Source of the DNA: Patescibacteria group bacterium
Lineage (GTDB): Bacteria; Patescibacteriota; Minisyncoccia; UBA6257; UBA9933
Direction: 5' to 3'
Length of the DNA: 57,390 bases
Assembly (NCBI GenBank): GCA_038063335.1
Contig: JBBTVF010000045.1
Location: 1 to 57,390, forward strand
In this document: one piece after another, positions 46,641 to 56,071 of the stretch
How the letters are laid out: each line of letters starts with the position of its first letter
How positions within the stretch are numbered: the stretch's first letter is position 1
Notes under the pieces: generated by a model
Seen by the model: the letters and a program-made list of their open reading frames with translations, nothing else
The model's database searches: none
Told to the model about the DNA's origin: nothing
Position numbers and translations under genes: made by a program

Positions 46641-47094
46641 TCTCCAATTTTTTCTTAATCATCGCGCCGACTGCCGACATATCGGCTCGGCCCTTTAATT
46701 CTTTCATCGCTTCCGCCATTGTCTTTCCAATATCTTTTATATTTGTTGCGCCAACCGCAGCCATCGCCTTGTCAACAATTTTTTCAATTTCTTCCGCGCT
46801 TAATTCTTCCGGCAAATATTTCTTAATGATTTCTAATTCTTTAATTTCTTTTTCAGCTAAATCCTCCCTATTTCCTTTTTTATAAATATCCGCCGCTTCT
46901 TTTCTTTTTTTCGCTTCTTTCATCAAAAGATCAATGATTTCTTCATCGGCGAGCATCGCTTCCTGCCCCTTGCCTCTTTTTTCAATTTCTTTATTTTTAA
47001 AAACCGAAAATATTAAACGCAAAACGCCGGCTTCAAAACTTTTGCCGGCTTTCAAAAAAATATTTAAATCTTCTTTTATTTTTTGTTGAATCAT
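46630..47094 (-). CDS. GatB/YqeY domain protein
   Basis: IQQKIKEDLNIFLKAGKSFEAGVLRL... is typical of YqeY. Confidence 0.7.
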   Translation of the reverse strand: MIQQKIKEDLNIFLKAGKSFEAGVLRLIFSVFKNKEIEKRGKGQEAMLADEEIIDLLMKEAKKRKEAADIYKKGNREDLAEKEIKELEIIKKYLPEELSAEEIEKIVDKAMAAVGATNIKDIGKTMAEAMKELKGRADMSAVGAMIKKKLENGK

Positions 47095-47108
47095 CCCCTT
47101 CCAATTTA

Positions 47109-47312
47109 TCAGCTTTTCTTTGCCGCTTCAAATTCTTTCTGTTTTACCGCCCGATGGATTGCCGAACGCTTTATTTTAGCCTTACTTACCGGACGGTCTT
47201 TATAACGGCGCCTTTTGGATTCCATCAAAATTCCGCTTTGTTTCATTTTAGTTGAAAATCTGTGTAAAAAAACGCTTATTGATTCTCCTTGCCTTCGTTT
47301 TAGTTCAATCAT
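47109..47312 (-). CDS. rpsU: ribosomal protein S21
   Basis: 67 aa; ESISVFLHRFSTKMKQSGIL..RRRYKDRPS-type sequence. Confidence 0.85.
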   Translation of the reverse strand: MIELKRRQGESISVFLHRFSTKMKQSGILMESKRRRYKDRPVSKAKIKRSAIHRAVKQKEFEAAKKS

Positions 47313-47332
47313 AAGTTTATTATATTAATTTA

Positions 47333-48208
47333 TTATTGTTTGTCCAGTTTACTGAATAATTTCATTCTTTTTTCAACTATTTTTTTAATTTCTTCGATTG
47401 TTGTCGGCAAAATTTTGTAGGGCGTAATTTCTTCGGGATTTTCCGCCAGCGCTTTTTCCATCCCCTGTCGCCAGGCTAATCTTATTTCCGTATTGATATG
47501 AATAATGGATATTCCGGCATCAATAGCTTTTAAAAATTCCTCGTCGCGAATACCCGAACCGCCATGAAGAACCAACGGTACTCCGGCCGATTCTCTTATT
47601 TTCCCAATTTTCGCTGAATCAATATGAGGATTAGGCGCGTTTTTAAACATTCCGTGGATATTGCCGACCGCCGGCGCCAATAAATCAACACCTGTTTCTT
47701 TCACAAATTGAGCGGCTTGTTCCGGCTTTGTTAAATCTTCTTCTTTAATCGCGGCGTCTTTGGGAATTTCTTTTAAAATTATTGAACTGGCGCCCAGATA
47801 CCCAAGCTCCGCTTCCACTAAAATGTCGGGGTTGACGCTTTTTACATACTCAACGACTTCTTTGGTTTTTTTAATGTTTTCTTCAAAAGATAATTTGCCG
47901 CCGTCAAAATGAACCGAATCAAATCCGGCCTCAACCGCTTCTTTTATTCTTTCCAATGATTTCGTATGGTCGGAATTGATAAAAATCGGCCAATTAAATT
48001 CCTCGCGTAAATTTTTTACCATCAACGCCGCATTTTTTGTCCCCAAAAAATTCTGCTCGCCTTCGGAAAGGCCGATAATCACCGGCAGATTCAATTTCTG
48101 CGCCGCTTCAAAAATTCCTTTTAACGCCGCAATTTCGGAAATATTGAAATGCCCGATGGCGACTTTATTCTGTTCCGCTTCTTGAATTATTTGTAGTATA
48201 TTTTTCAT
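47333..48208 (-). CDS. fba: class II fructose-bisphosphate aldolase
   Basis: VAIGHFN, SDH..S, LVLHGGSG. Confidence 0.88.
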   Translation of the reverse strand: MKNILQIIQEAEQNKVAIGHFNISEIAALKGIFEAAQKLNLPVIIGLSEGEQNFLGTKNAALMVKNLREEFNWPIFINSDHTKSLERIKEAVEAGFDSVHFDGGKLSFEENIKKTKEVVEYVKSVNPDILVEAELGYLGASSIILKEIPKDAAIKEEDLTKPEQAAQFVKETGVDLLAPAVGNIHGMFKNAPNPHIDSAKIGKIRESAGVPLVLHGGSGIRDEEFLKAIDAGISIIHINTEIRLAWRQGMEKALAENPEEITPYKILPTTIEEIKKIVEKRMKLFSKLDKQ

Positions 48209-49467
48209 ATTTCAAAATATCCTTTAATTATATTCTCTTTCATTTTTTCTTCCATCTCCGCTTCGCTGAAATATTCCGAAAAAATTTTATTCCAAAGCGA
48301 CTCCTGATGGTGGTAAAGATATTTTATCATTTCTTTTTCTTTTACCAAAGACATTGTTGTATCTATCAAATTAAAACTCGCCAAAACGTCTATGCCGGTA
48401 TCACTTTTAAAATAATCGCCAACCCAATTTAAATTCTCCCAAAAACACAAATCTCGCGAAAATCCGTCAAATAAATCTCCTGTTCTAACGAGCATTCTTT
48501 CAGCCCGTTCCCAATGAAGCGCTTCGGGATTCAAATGCGGTTCAAACAAACGCCAGTCATTTTCATCATCTTTCGCCAAATATCTTTGAATGACAAGCCA
48601 TCGCGATTTATCAGATTTTTGAAGTCGCTCATCAATGACATCGCCCCTTAACAAAGAAATTATATTTGAAACGAAAGTTTTTTCATCCCTCGCAAACCGT
48701 TTGAATAAATCCGAATAAAAAGGAACCTCATTAAGATAATGCAAAATCAATATAAACATCCTCATTAATTCTCCGGAAATTCCCAAAGTAATCGGGATAA
48801 CAAACACCACGCCCATTTCTTTCAAATGCGAGACATTGTGATATTTTTTCTTTACAAACGCTTCGGCGGCCACAACCCATTTTTTATCCAAAGTTTTTAA
48901 AATAATTTCCCGCTCTTCAAAATCGTCCGGCTTCAAATTCTCATACTGTTTGAAAAAAATCTCATTGAGCCATTGCGGGTCCTCCAAAAAACGAAGCGCG
49001 CTGAAAATTTCAAAAATATCTTCTTTTGCCAGCACTTCGTCAATATTTTTATATCCCAATGAACGGATAATTTTTTGTGGCGGCTTATTTCGCAATAATT
49101 CAACCGCTTTTTCTTTTTTAAGAAAAAATCCTTTGGGCGAACCGGAAACTTCTTTAGCCGCTTTCAGCGCGCGCTCACAATGGCTGAAACAATCTTTAAT
49201 ATCCATCACATTTATTTCCAATCCTTTTGCGAGCAAATCATTGTCATAATTGATTTTATGGATTAAAGAATTATAGATTTCTCTGGCGCTGACATCTTTG
49301 CCCAAACCAAGAACATCAAGCCGATTTTTAATCATCGCCTCGTTCTCTTCAACTATTTTTTCAATTACGTTTTTTCTGCCGGTCACCGCCGAAAGCCGCT
49401 CATCTATAAGACGGATATTGTCTTTGTCAGTGCGCAATATTTGAGCGATTTTTTGATAAGATTGCAT
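48205..49467 (-). CDS. conserved hypothetical protein, translationally coupled to fba
   Basis: 420-aa ORF with a 4-nt overlap onto the fba start. No family recognised. Confidence 0.6.
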   Translation of the reverse strand: MQSYQKIAQILRTDKDNIRLIDERLSAVTGRKNVIEKIVEENEAMIKNRLDVLGLGKDVSAREIYNSLIHKINYDNDLLAKGLEINVMDIKDCFSHCERALKAAKEVSGSPKGFFLKKEKAVELLRNKPPQKIIRSLGYKNIDEVLAKEDIFEIFSALRFLEDPQWLNEIFFKQYENLKPDDFEEREIILKTLDKKWVVAAEAFVKKKYHNVSHLKEMGVVFVIPITLGISGELMRMFILILHYLNEVPFYSDLFKRFARDEKTFVSNIISLLRGDVIDERLQKSDKSRWLVIQRYLAKDDENDWRLFEPHLNPEALHWERAERMLVRTGDLFDGFSRDLCFWENLNWVGDYFKSDTGIDVLASFNLIDTTMSLVKEKEMIKYLYHHQESLWNKIFSEYFSEAEMEEKMKENIIKGYFEI

Positions 49468-49474
49468 AATAAAT

Positions 49475-49505
49475 TAGCCACTAGCCACTAGGATTTAGCC
49501 ACTAG
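49475..49505. repeat. heptamer tract TAGCCAC TAGCCAC TAGGATT TAGCCAC TAG spanning the pfkB stop
   Basis: Read directly. Confidence 0.75.
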
Positions 49506-50600
49506 ATTTTTAATCGGTAATTTTTTCCATCTTTTATTTTTCTGAAATTCTTTTTTTGTCAAAATTCCGGCTTTCGCGCCAATTTGTTCTATCACAGAAG
49601 TGGCGTTAGCCGAACCAAGACGAATCGCGTATTCAATATTATTAATTCCGCATAAACCTTTTTTGCATTTTTCGCGCGTTTGAATCAAACCCGCCACGAA
49701 TCCGCTGCCGAAAGCATCGCCAGCGCCGGTACGGTCAATCGCTTTTTCTTCTTTAAAAACTCTGGCTTTGTAAATACGGCAACAATCGGAAACCAAAACG
49801 CCGCTTGGCCCATCAGTCATCACGGCAATGCCGTTAACCGATTCATCAAGTTTTTTAAAAATTTCTTTTTCTTTGTGATAATCAACTCCCGTTAAATAAG
49901 ACGCTTCCTCACGATTAAGAATAAATACTTTTGTTTTCTCTAAAAACGGCTTCAATTTTTTTAATCCCATTTCAATAAAATACTTTGAAGGATTAAACGC
50001 GATAAAAGTTTTGTTTTTATAAAAATGATTGAAAATTTTACTGATTGTTTCAAGCGGCATTTTACCGGGCGAAATATAAACCCATTTTGATTTTAATTCG
50101 TTAAAAGGAATTTCTTTGGACGTTAAATCTTCGGACGCGCCGCGATAAACTAAAATTGTCCTTTCGCCGCCGGATGCAAGAAGAACGGTTGAATAAGCAG
50201 TGCCATTGTTATTGGAATTTGGAATTTGAAATTTGAAATTAAGCGGCAATACCTTAACTTTTTCTTTTTTTAATTCTTCTAAAATATCTTTTCCGGCCTG
50301 ATCTTCGCCGATTTTTATCAATACGGCTGTTTTTAATCCTTGACGGCTGAATGTTGCCGCGGAGTTAGTGGCGCCGCCGCCCGTGGCAAGCACCGGTTTG
50401 CCGATTTCTATTTTCCCTCCCAAAGCGAAACACTGAGCCTCGCCGGTCGCAAATCCGATTTTTTTCAAATGGCTTTTATCGCGCAACACTTTTCCGCCCG
50501 AGGCGGATCCGCCTTTGGCGGAAAAAAGCAAGCTGGTTAAAAACACATCCCGCGTCGCCGTACCAATTGTAATAATGTCATAATTCTTACTGCTTGGCAT
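49488..50600 (-). CDS. PfkB-family carbohydrate kinase
   Basis: DIITIGTATRDVF start and DRTGAGDAFGSGF signature. Carries several in-frame inserts. Confidence 0.8.
   Translation of the reverse strand: MPSSKNYDIITIGTATRDVFLTSLLFSAKGGSASGGKVLRDKSHLKKIGFATGEAQCFALGGKIEIGKPVLATGGGATNSAATFSRQGLKTAVLIKIGEDQAGKDILEELKKEKVKVLPLNFKFQIPNSNNNGTAYSTVLLASGGERTILVYRGASEDLTSKEIPFNELKSKWVYISPGKMPLETISKIFNHFYKNKTFIAFNPSKYFIEMGLKKLKPFLEKTKVFILNREEASYLTGVDYHKEKEIFKKLDESVNGIAVMTDGPSGVLVSDCCRIYKARVFKEEKAIDRTGAGDAFGSGFVAGLIQTREKCKKGLCGINNIEYAIRLGSANATSVIEQIGAKAGILTKKEFQKNKRWKKLPIKNLVAKS
50490..50525. repeat. two tandem GC mini-palindromes in-frame in the kinase
   Basis: TCCGCC-cga-GGCGGA TCCGCC-ttt-GGCGGA within TTTTCCGCC...GGCGGAAAA; encodes SAKGG-SASGG. 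Confidence 0.6.
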
Positions 50601-50647
50601 AAAATGATTTTAATCCATTTTTAAAAAAAATAAAATGGTGATTATTA

Positions 50648-51073
50648 CTATACTTTTTTAAAACGTTCTTGAATGCGATAAATAAATATAAAAACGAATG
50701 CTCCCAAGAGGTCAAAAAACAAATCCGCAATCGTATCCGCGGCGCCTAATTGCAAGAATCCCGAATATCCCCGTGAAGAAATAAAAATATCGTAAAGAAA
50801 TTCAACAAATTCCAAAAAAACTCCGATAAAAATAACAAAAGATAAAATTACGATTGTAAAACGCAGAAAGTTTTGATTCAAAAATTCTTTTTGAATGGGA
50901 AATTGAAAATTGGAAATTAAAAAAATAATCGCCATCGCCGCCCAAAAACCGCCTAAAAAATGCATCGGAATATCAAGCCACTGATAAGTCCAATACCAGT
51001 AATTATTAAGAGCAAGGATATGAACTAATAAGATAATAAGTAAAAGAGATGCGATTGTCTTAAAAGATGTCAT
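50648..51073 (-). CDS. small polytopic membrane protein
   Basis: 141 aa, 4 hydrophobic helices. Confidence 0.5.
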   Translation of the reverse strand: MTSFKTIASLLLIILLVHILALNNYWYWTYQWLDIPMHFLGGFWAAMAIIFLISNFQFPIQKEFLNQNFLRFTIVILSFVIFIGVFLEFVEFLYDIFISSRGYSGFLQLGAADTIADLFFDLLGAFVFIFIYRIQERFKKV

Positions 51074-51128
51074 TTAAGTTTAGCTAAAACTTTTCAGCTT
51101 TTTAGCTTATTAGCTTTTCAGCTTTAAA

Positions 51129-51623
51129 TTATCTCTTTCTCCATTGATGGCTCCTGCGCGCCTTGTGGCGTCCGTATTTTTTGCGTTCCACCATTCTGGG
51201 ATCGCGAGTAAGATAACCGGCGCGACGCAAACGTTTGTTAAATTCCGCGTTAAATTTAACCAAAGCTCTGGAAATGCCATGGCGAACCGCTTCGGCTTGG
51301 GAAGAAAGCCCGCCGCCTTTCACTTTCGCGACAGCGCCTAATTTGTCTCCGATTTTCATTTTTTCAAAAGGAGCCATTATTTCTTTTTGCAAACGAAATA
51401 ACGAAAAATAATCGGCGTAATCTTTTTCATTGACGACAACTCCCTGTTTTTTTGTATAAAGCCTCACGCGAGCAACAGCCGTTTTCCTGCGTCCAATTGC
51501 CTCAAAATAACGCTCCCTTTTCACGGGCACGATTTTTTTAACGTCGGCTTTAACAACTTTTTCTTCTTTATCTTCTTTTTTCTTAACAACTTTTTTAATT
51601 TTTGGTTTTACTATTTTTTCCAT
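51129..51623 (-). CDS. rpsI: ribosomal protein S9 (Lys-rich N-terminal extension)
   Basis: YFEAIGRRKTAVARVRL ... ARRSHQWRKR. Confidence 0.93.
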   Translation of the reverse strand: MEKIVKPKIKKVVKKKEDKEEKVVKADVKKIVPVKRERYFEAIGRRKTAVARVRLYTKKQGVVVNEKDYADYFSLFRLQKEIMAPFEKMKIGDKLGAVAKVKGGGLSSQAEAVRHGISRALVKFNAEFNKRLRRAGYLTRDPRMVERKKYGRHKARRSHQWRKR

Positions 51624-51733
51624 AAAATATGATGCTAATCCGCGAATTTTATGCGAATGCCGCGAATTGCTAATTATTTATATTCGCAATTTGCAGATTG
51701 GCATTACATTCGCATTATTGGCATCTTTTATAT
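51624..51733. repeat. ATTCGC-rich spacer element (H family, copy 3) between rplM and rpsI
   Basis: Shares GCTAATTATTTAT(A)TTCGCA and ATTCGCATTATT with copies 1 and 2. Confidence 0.6.
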
Positions 51734-52075
51734 TTACTCTATAATAAGTTTCTTTATTCTTTTTATTCTCAATCTGTTTTTCGGCAACATGCCCATTACC
51801 ATTTTCCGCAATGCCGCCGCTGGGCCCTTTTTTTCTATAAGCATTTCCAATGATTGTTCTTTCAAATGACCGATTTGGGTGGTGTGGCGATAATAAATTC
51901 TTTGCTTTGTTTTTTTGGAACTAATTTCCGCTTTAGAAATATTTTTGACGATAACATTATCATCTCCCTCCAAACGCGGTTCATATTTCGGATTTTTTTT
52001 GCCTTGCAAAATAACGGCTATCTCAGAAGCCAATCGCCCGAATTTTTTATTTGTGGCGTCAATGGTATATTCCAT
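51734..52075 (-). CDS. rplM: ribosomal protein L13
   Basis: The MEYTIDATNKKFGRLASEIA start was chosen; the track's longer ORF overlaps the fusA 3' end. Confidence 0.92.
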   Translation of the reverse strand: MEYTIDATNKKFGRLASEIAVILQGKKNPKYEPRLEGDDNVIVKNISKAEISSKKTKQRIYYRHTTQIGHLKEQSLEMLIEKKGPAAALRKMVMGMLPKNRLRIKRIKKLIIE

Positions 52076-52076
52076 A

Positions 52077-54248
52077 TTATTTTTTACCTTCAATAATTTG
52101 CTGTTCAACGCTCTTCGGCACTTCTTCGTATCTGTCAAATTCCATAGTGAAGCTTCCCCTACCCTGTGTCATTGAACGCAATTTAGTGGCATAACCGAAC
52201 ATTTCCGAAAGAGGAACTTTAGCGTCTATAACTTTCATATTTGTCCTTTCTCCTAAAGCTTCTATTCTGCCGCGTTTGCTCTGTAAATCTCCGGTAACGT
52301 CTCCAAGAAAATCCTGCGACACCAATATTTGAATTTTCATTATTGGCTCAAGAATAACGGGCTTGGCTTTTTTCGCCGCTTCCTGAAAAGCCATGGAGCC
52401 GGCGATTTTAAACGCCGCTTCCGAAGAATCAACTTCATGGAAAGAACCGTCATACAGCGTCACTTCAACGTCAATCACAGGATAACCCGCTAAAATTCCT
52501 TTGTCCAGAGATTCCTTAACTCCTTTTTCGGTCGCCGGAATATATTCCTGCGGAATGACTCCTCCCTTGATTCCATTGACGAAAACAAAACCTTTGCCGC
52601 GTTCCAGCGCCCTTACTTTCAATTTAACATGGCCGTATTGTCCGCGTCCGCCGGACTGCCTGATATATTTTCCTTCAGCTTCCGACTCTCCTTTGACGGT
52701 TTCCTTATAAGCAACCTGAGGGCGACCGACATTCGCTTCAACTCCAAATTCACGCTTCATTCTTTCAACCAAAATTTCAAGGTGAAGTTCTCCCATTCCG
52801 GAAATAATTGTTTCGCCGGTTTCCGAATCTCCGCTGACTTTAAACGTCGGGTCTTCTTCCGCAAGCCGATGCATCGCAATGCCGATTTTTTCCTGGTCTA
52901 CTTTTGTTTTCGGCTCTATTCTAATGGAAATAACCGGTTCCGGAAAAATTATTTTTTCCAAAATAATCGGATTTTCCGGGTCGCAAAGAGTGTCGCCGGT
53001 GGTCGTATTTTTTAATCCGACAATGGCGCCAATATCGCCGGCGTAAAACTCATCAACTTCTTCCCTCTTATTGGAATGCATACGCACAATTCTACTGATG
53101 CGTTCCTGATTGTCTTTTACGGAATTCAAAACATAACTCCCCTTTTTTAAAACACCACTGTAAATTCTGAAGTAAGTGAGACTGCCGACATAAGGGTCGG
53201 TCGCGATTTTAAAAGCCAATGCCGTAAACGGTTCATTGTCATTAGGCTGACGAATAATTTCTTCACCGGTTTTTAAACTACTGCCCTTAATCGGTTTAAT
53301 CTCCGCCAAATCAACGGGTGACGGCAAATAATCCAAAACAGCGTCAAGCATAAACTGAACTCCTTTATTTTTTAAAGCCGAACCGCAAAGAACCGGCACA
53401 AAATCGCTATTAATTGTCGCTTTTCTGATAATGTCGCGTATTTCGTCTTCTGAAAGATTGCCGTCGCTAAGATATTTTTCCATTAAAACATCATCATATT
53501 CGGCAATTTTTTCCACAAGTTGAGCTCTTGTTTTTACAGCTAATTCTTTCATATCCGCCGGAATTTCTTTTTCAACCATTTTTTCTCCGTGTTCTCCTTC
53601 AAAACCAAACGCTTTCATTCTTATTAAATCAATCACGCCTTCAAAAGCCGATTCCAATCCTATCGGCAATTGTAAAGGATGCGCGTTCGGCGTCAAACGT
53701 TCTCTAATAGAATCAAGGGAGCGTTCAAAACTGGCGCCCATTCTATCCAATTTATTTATAAAACAGATTCTTGGAACTTTATATTTATCCGCCTGATGCC
53801 AAACGGTTTCCGACTGCGGTTCAACGCCGGCAACGCCGTCAAAAACAACCACTCCGCCGTCAAGTACGCGCAAAGACCTCTCCACTTCAACCGTAAAATC
53901 AACATGACCGGGAGTATCAATAATATTTATGCAGTGTTCATCGGTTTCGCGAATTTTTTGTTTTTCTTTTTCACTCGCCTCGCTGGAGCTATGGCGAAGC
54001 AGGTCGGAAATTTCTTGTAATTTCCGCGTTGATGTCCAAAAACAAGTGGTGGCGGCCGATGTGATAGTGATGCCGCGCTCTCTTTCTTGTTCCATCCAAT
54101 CCATTACCGCCGCTCCTTCATGAACTTCGCCGATTTTATGGGAAATGCCCGTATAAAAAAGAACCCGTTCTGAAACGGTTGTTTTACCGGCGTCAATATG
54201 GGCGATAATGCCGATATTTCTATATTTCTCTAATGGATAAGCTCTCAT
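52077..54248 (-). CDS. fusA: elongation factor G (with a ~23-aa insert in the G domain)
   Basis: [21 protein letters not shown]. Confidence 0.97.
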   Translation of the reverse strand: MRAYPLEKYRNIGIIAHIDAGKTTVSERVLFYTGISHKIGEVHEGAAVMDWMEQERERGITITSAATTCFWTSTRKLQEISDLLRHSSSEASEKEKQKIRETDEHCINIIDTPGHVDFTVEVERSLRVLDGGVVVFDGVAGVEPQSETVWHQADKYKVPRICFINKLDRMGASFERSLDSIRERLTPNAHPLQLPIGLESAFEGVIDLIRMKAFGFEGEHGEKMVEKEIPADMKELAVKTRAQLVEKIAEYDDVLMEKYLSDGNLSEDEIRDIIRKATINSDFVPVLCGSALKNKGVQFMLDAVLDYLPSPVDLAEIKPIKGSSLKTGEEIIRQPNDNEPFTALAFKIATDPYVGSLTYFRIYSGVLKKGSYVLNSVKDNQERISRIVRMHSNKREEVDEFYAGDIGAIVGLKNTTTGDTLCDPENPIILEKIIFPEPVISIRIEPKTKVDQEKIGIAMHRLAEEDPTFKVSGDSETGETIISGMGELHLEILVERMKREFGVEANVGRPQVAYKETVKGESEAEGKYIRQSGGRGQYGHVKLKVRALERGKGFVFVNGIKGGVIPQEYIPATEKGVKESLDKGILAGYPVIDVEVTLYDGSFHEVDSSEAAFKIAGSMAFQEAAKKAKPVILEPIMKIQILVSQDFLGDVTGDLQSKRGRIEALGERTNMKVIDAKVPLSEMFGYATKLRSMTQGRGSFTMEFDRYEEVPKSVEQQIIEGKK

Positions 54249-54349
54249 AATTTAAAATTTCTAATTTTAAATTTTAAATAAATGATTTAATTTTAAATTT
54301 AAAATTCAGCCAATTAAAATTTAATTAAAATTCACAATTTAAAATTAAT

Positions 54350-54817
54350 TTATCTGGCAAAATGCGCAAAGGCTCTATTCGCTTCCGCCATTCGGTGCAT
54401 ATCTTGTTTCTTTTTAATCGCCGAACCTTCATTTTTAGAAGCGGCTATTATTTCTTCCGTTAATTTTTGCGTCATTGATTTCCCTTTTTTCGCGTTAGCG
54501 GAATTGATAATCCAATTACAAGCTAAAAAAAATTTTCTTTCCGGCCTTACTTCACGCGGAACCTGATAATTTGCTCCTCCCACTCTTTTTGAAATAACTT
54601 CCAAGAGAGGCGAAGCGTTCGAAATGGCTTTGTCAAAAATCGCGAGCGGCTCTTGCTTTGTTTCTTTTTGAATATTTTCAAAACATTTGTAAAAAACTTT
54701 TTCAGCGACTGATTTTTTTCCATCCATCATTAAATAATTGATAAAACGACTGGCCGCAATACTGCCGTGCTTAATATCCGCTTTATGATTTTTTTTGTAT
54801 TTTTTCGGTTTCCTCAT
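54350..54817 (-). CDS. rpsG: ribosomal protein S7
   Basis: VSKRVGGANYQVP; ends ...ANRAFAHFAR. Confidence 0.95.
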   Translation of the reverse strand: MRKPKKYKKNHKADIKHGSIAASRFINYLMMDGKKSVAEKVFYKCFENIQKETKQEPLAIFDKAISNASPLLEVISKRVGGANYQVPREVRPERKFFLACNWIINSANAKKGKSMTQKLTEEIIAASKNEGSAIKKKQDMHRMAEANRAFAHFAR

Positions 54818-54842
54818 TTTAAACTTTGAAACTTTTAAACTT

Positions 54843-55253
54843 TTATTTAGGTCTCTTTACTCCGTATTTGCTTCTTTCTTGTTTTCTTCCGTCAACGCCC
54901 GTGGCGTCCAAAACTCCCCTCACTATATGATATCTTACTCCCGGCAAATCTTTTACTCTTCCGCCTCTCAACACAACGACCGAATGCTCTTGAAGATTAT
55001 GCCCAACGCCCGGAATATAAGCGCTCACTTCCATCCCATTGCTAAGCCGCACTCTCGCCACTTTGCGTAAAGCCGAATTCGGCTTTTTTGGAGTCGTTGT
55101 AAAAACTTTCAAACAAACTCCGCGTTTAAACGGCGAATTGGAAAGCTTCGGTTTATTCAAAATCGTATTAAAATAAAAACCCATCGCCGGCGATTTGGAT
55201 TTCTTCTTGGTGCTTTTTCTTCCTTTTTTAATTAATTGTCTGATTGTCGGCAT
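54843..55253 (-). CDS. rpsL: ribosomal protein S12
   Basis: [13 protein letters not shown] start chosen; [10 protein letters not shown] motif. Confidence 0.95.
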   Translation of the reverse strand: MPTIRQLIKKGRKSTKKKSKSPAMGFYFNTILNKPKLSNSPFKRGVCLKVFTTTPKKPNSALRKVARVRLSNGMEVSAYIPGVGHNLQEHSVVVLRGGRVKDLPGVRYHIVRGVLDATGVDGRKQERSKYGVKRPK

Positions 55254-55314
55254 AAAAAATGACTTTTTAAAGTCATTACACAGAATAACAAAAATAATCA
55301 AAGATTGTCAACTA

Positions 55315-55941
55315 TTACAACGCCCCGCTGCCTAAGAATCCGTAAAGCCAGAAAATTATCGGAGTTATAAATTGAAATCCGAAAAAGATAAAAAATAACA
55401 AAATAAACATTCCGTATTGTTCCAACGCCGCCATATATTTTTCCGCTGACTTCGGCAAAAGCGCGAAAAGTATTTTTGAGCCGTCAAGCGGCGGAATGGG
55501 AACCAAATTAAAAACTCCCAACGCGACGTTTATTAAAATTATGATGTTTATAAAAAAAATAAACGGCTGACTGGCAAATCCGACGAAAATTAAAATTTTT
55601 AAAATTAAACTGAAAATAATCGCGATGGAAAAATTGCTCACTGGACCGGACAAGCCGATTAAACCGCTGTCCCTTTTCGGATTTTTTAAATACAAAGGAT
55701 TAAACGGCACCGGTTTTGCCCAGCCGAATAAAATCGGACTTTTAATCAGAAAAAGAGTGAATGGCAATAAAAACGAACCGAAAAATTCCAGATGTTTAAG
55801 CGGATTTAAAGTAAGCCGTCCCGCATTTTTAGCGGTCGGGTCGCCCAAACGATAAGCCATTATGCCGTGAGAAACTTCATGAATTATCACGGAAAATAAA
55901 AGCGCGATAAGTTGAAAAATTAAAACAATAAAATTATCCAT
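55315..55941 (-). CDS. site-2 protease family zinc metalloprotease (M50-like)
   Basis: HEVSHG plus NLVPIPPLDGSK; polytopic. Start chosen at MDNFIV because the track's extension reads through a tRNA. Confidence 0.8.
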   Translation of the reverse strand: MDNFIVLIFQLIALLFSVIIHEVSHGIMAYRLGDPTAKNAGRLTLNPLKHLEFFGSFLLPFTLFLIKSPILFGWAKPVPFNPLYLKNPKRDSGLIGLSGPVSNFSIAIIFSLILKILIFVGFASQPFIFFINIIILINVALGVFNLVPIPPLDGSKILFALLPKSAEKYMAALEQYGMFILLFFIFFGFQFITPIIFWLYGFLGSGAL

Positions 55942-55963
55942 AATCGGGTCGTCGGGAATTTCA

Positions 55964-56071
55964 CCCCCACACCAATTGGTCGGGATGCCGAGAATCGAAC
56001 TCGGGCAGCATGCACCCCATGCATGCATACTACCATTATATTACATCCCGTTTTGTATATTGGTGTGGGGG
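55964..56071. mobile_element. E-family element E5 (108 bp) carrying a complete tRNA-Pro
   Basis: CCCCCACACCAAT ... ATTGGTGTGGGGG termini enclose the tRNA at 55977-56050. Confidence 0.7.
55977..56050 (-). tRNA. tRNA-Pro (GGG), CCA encoded
   Basis: Cloverleaf: acceptor CGGGATG/CATCCCG, anticodon loop ATGGGGT, T-arm CCGAG-TTCGATT-CTCGG, then ACCA. Confidence 0.88.

Noticed and set aside
55942-56028. N-terminal 29 codons of the track ORF 55315-56028.
   Set aside because: The extension is translated straight through the tRNA-Pro(GGG) gene and an element terminus. The conserved M50 protein begins at MDNFIV (55941).
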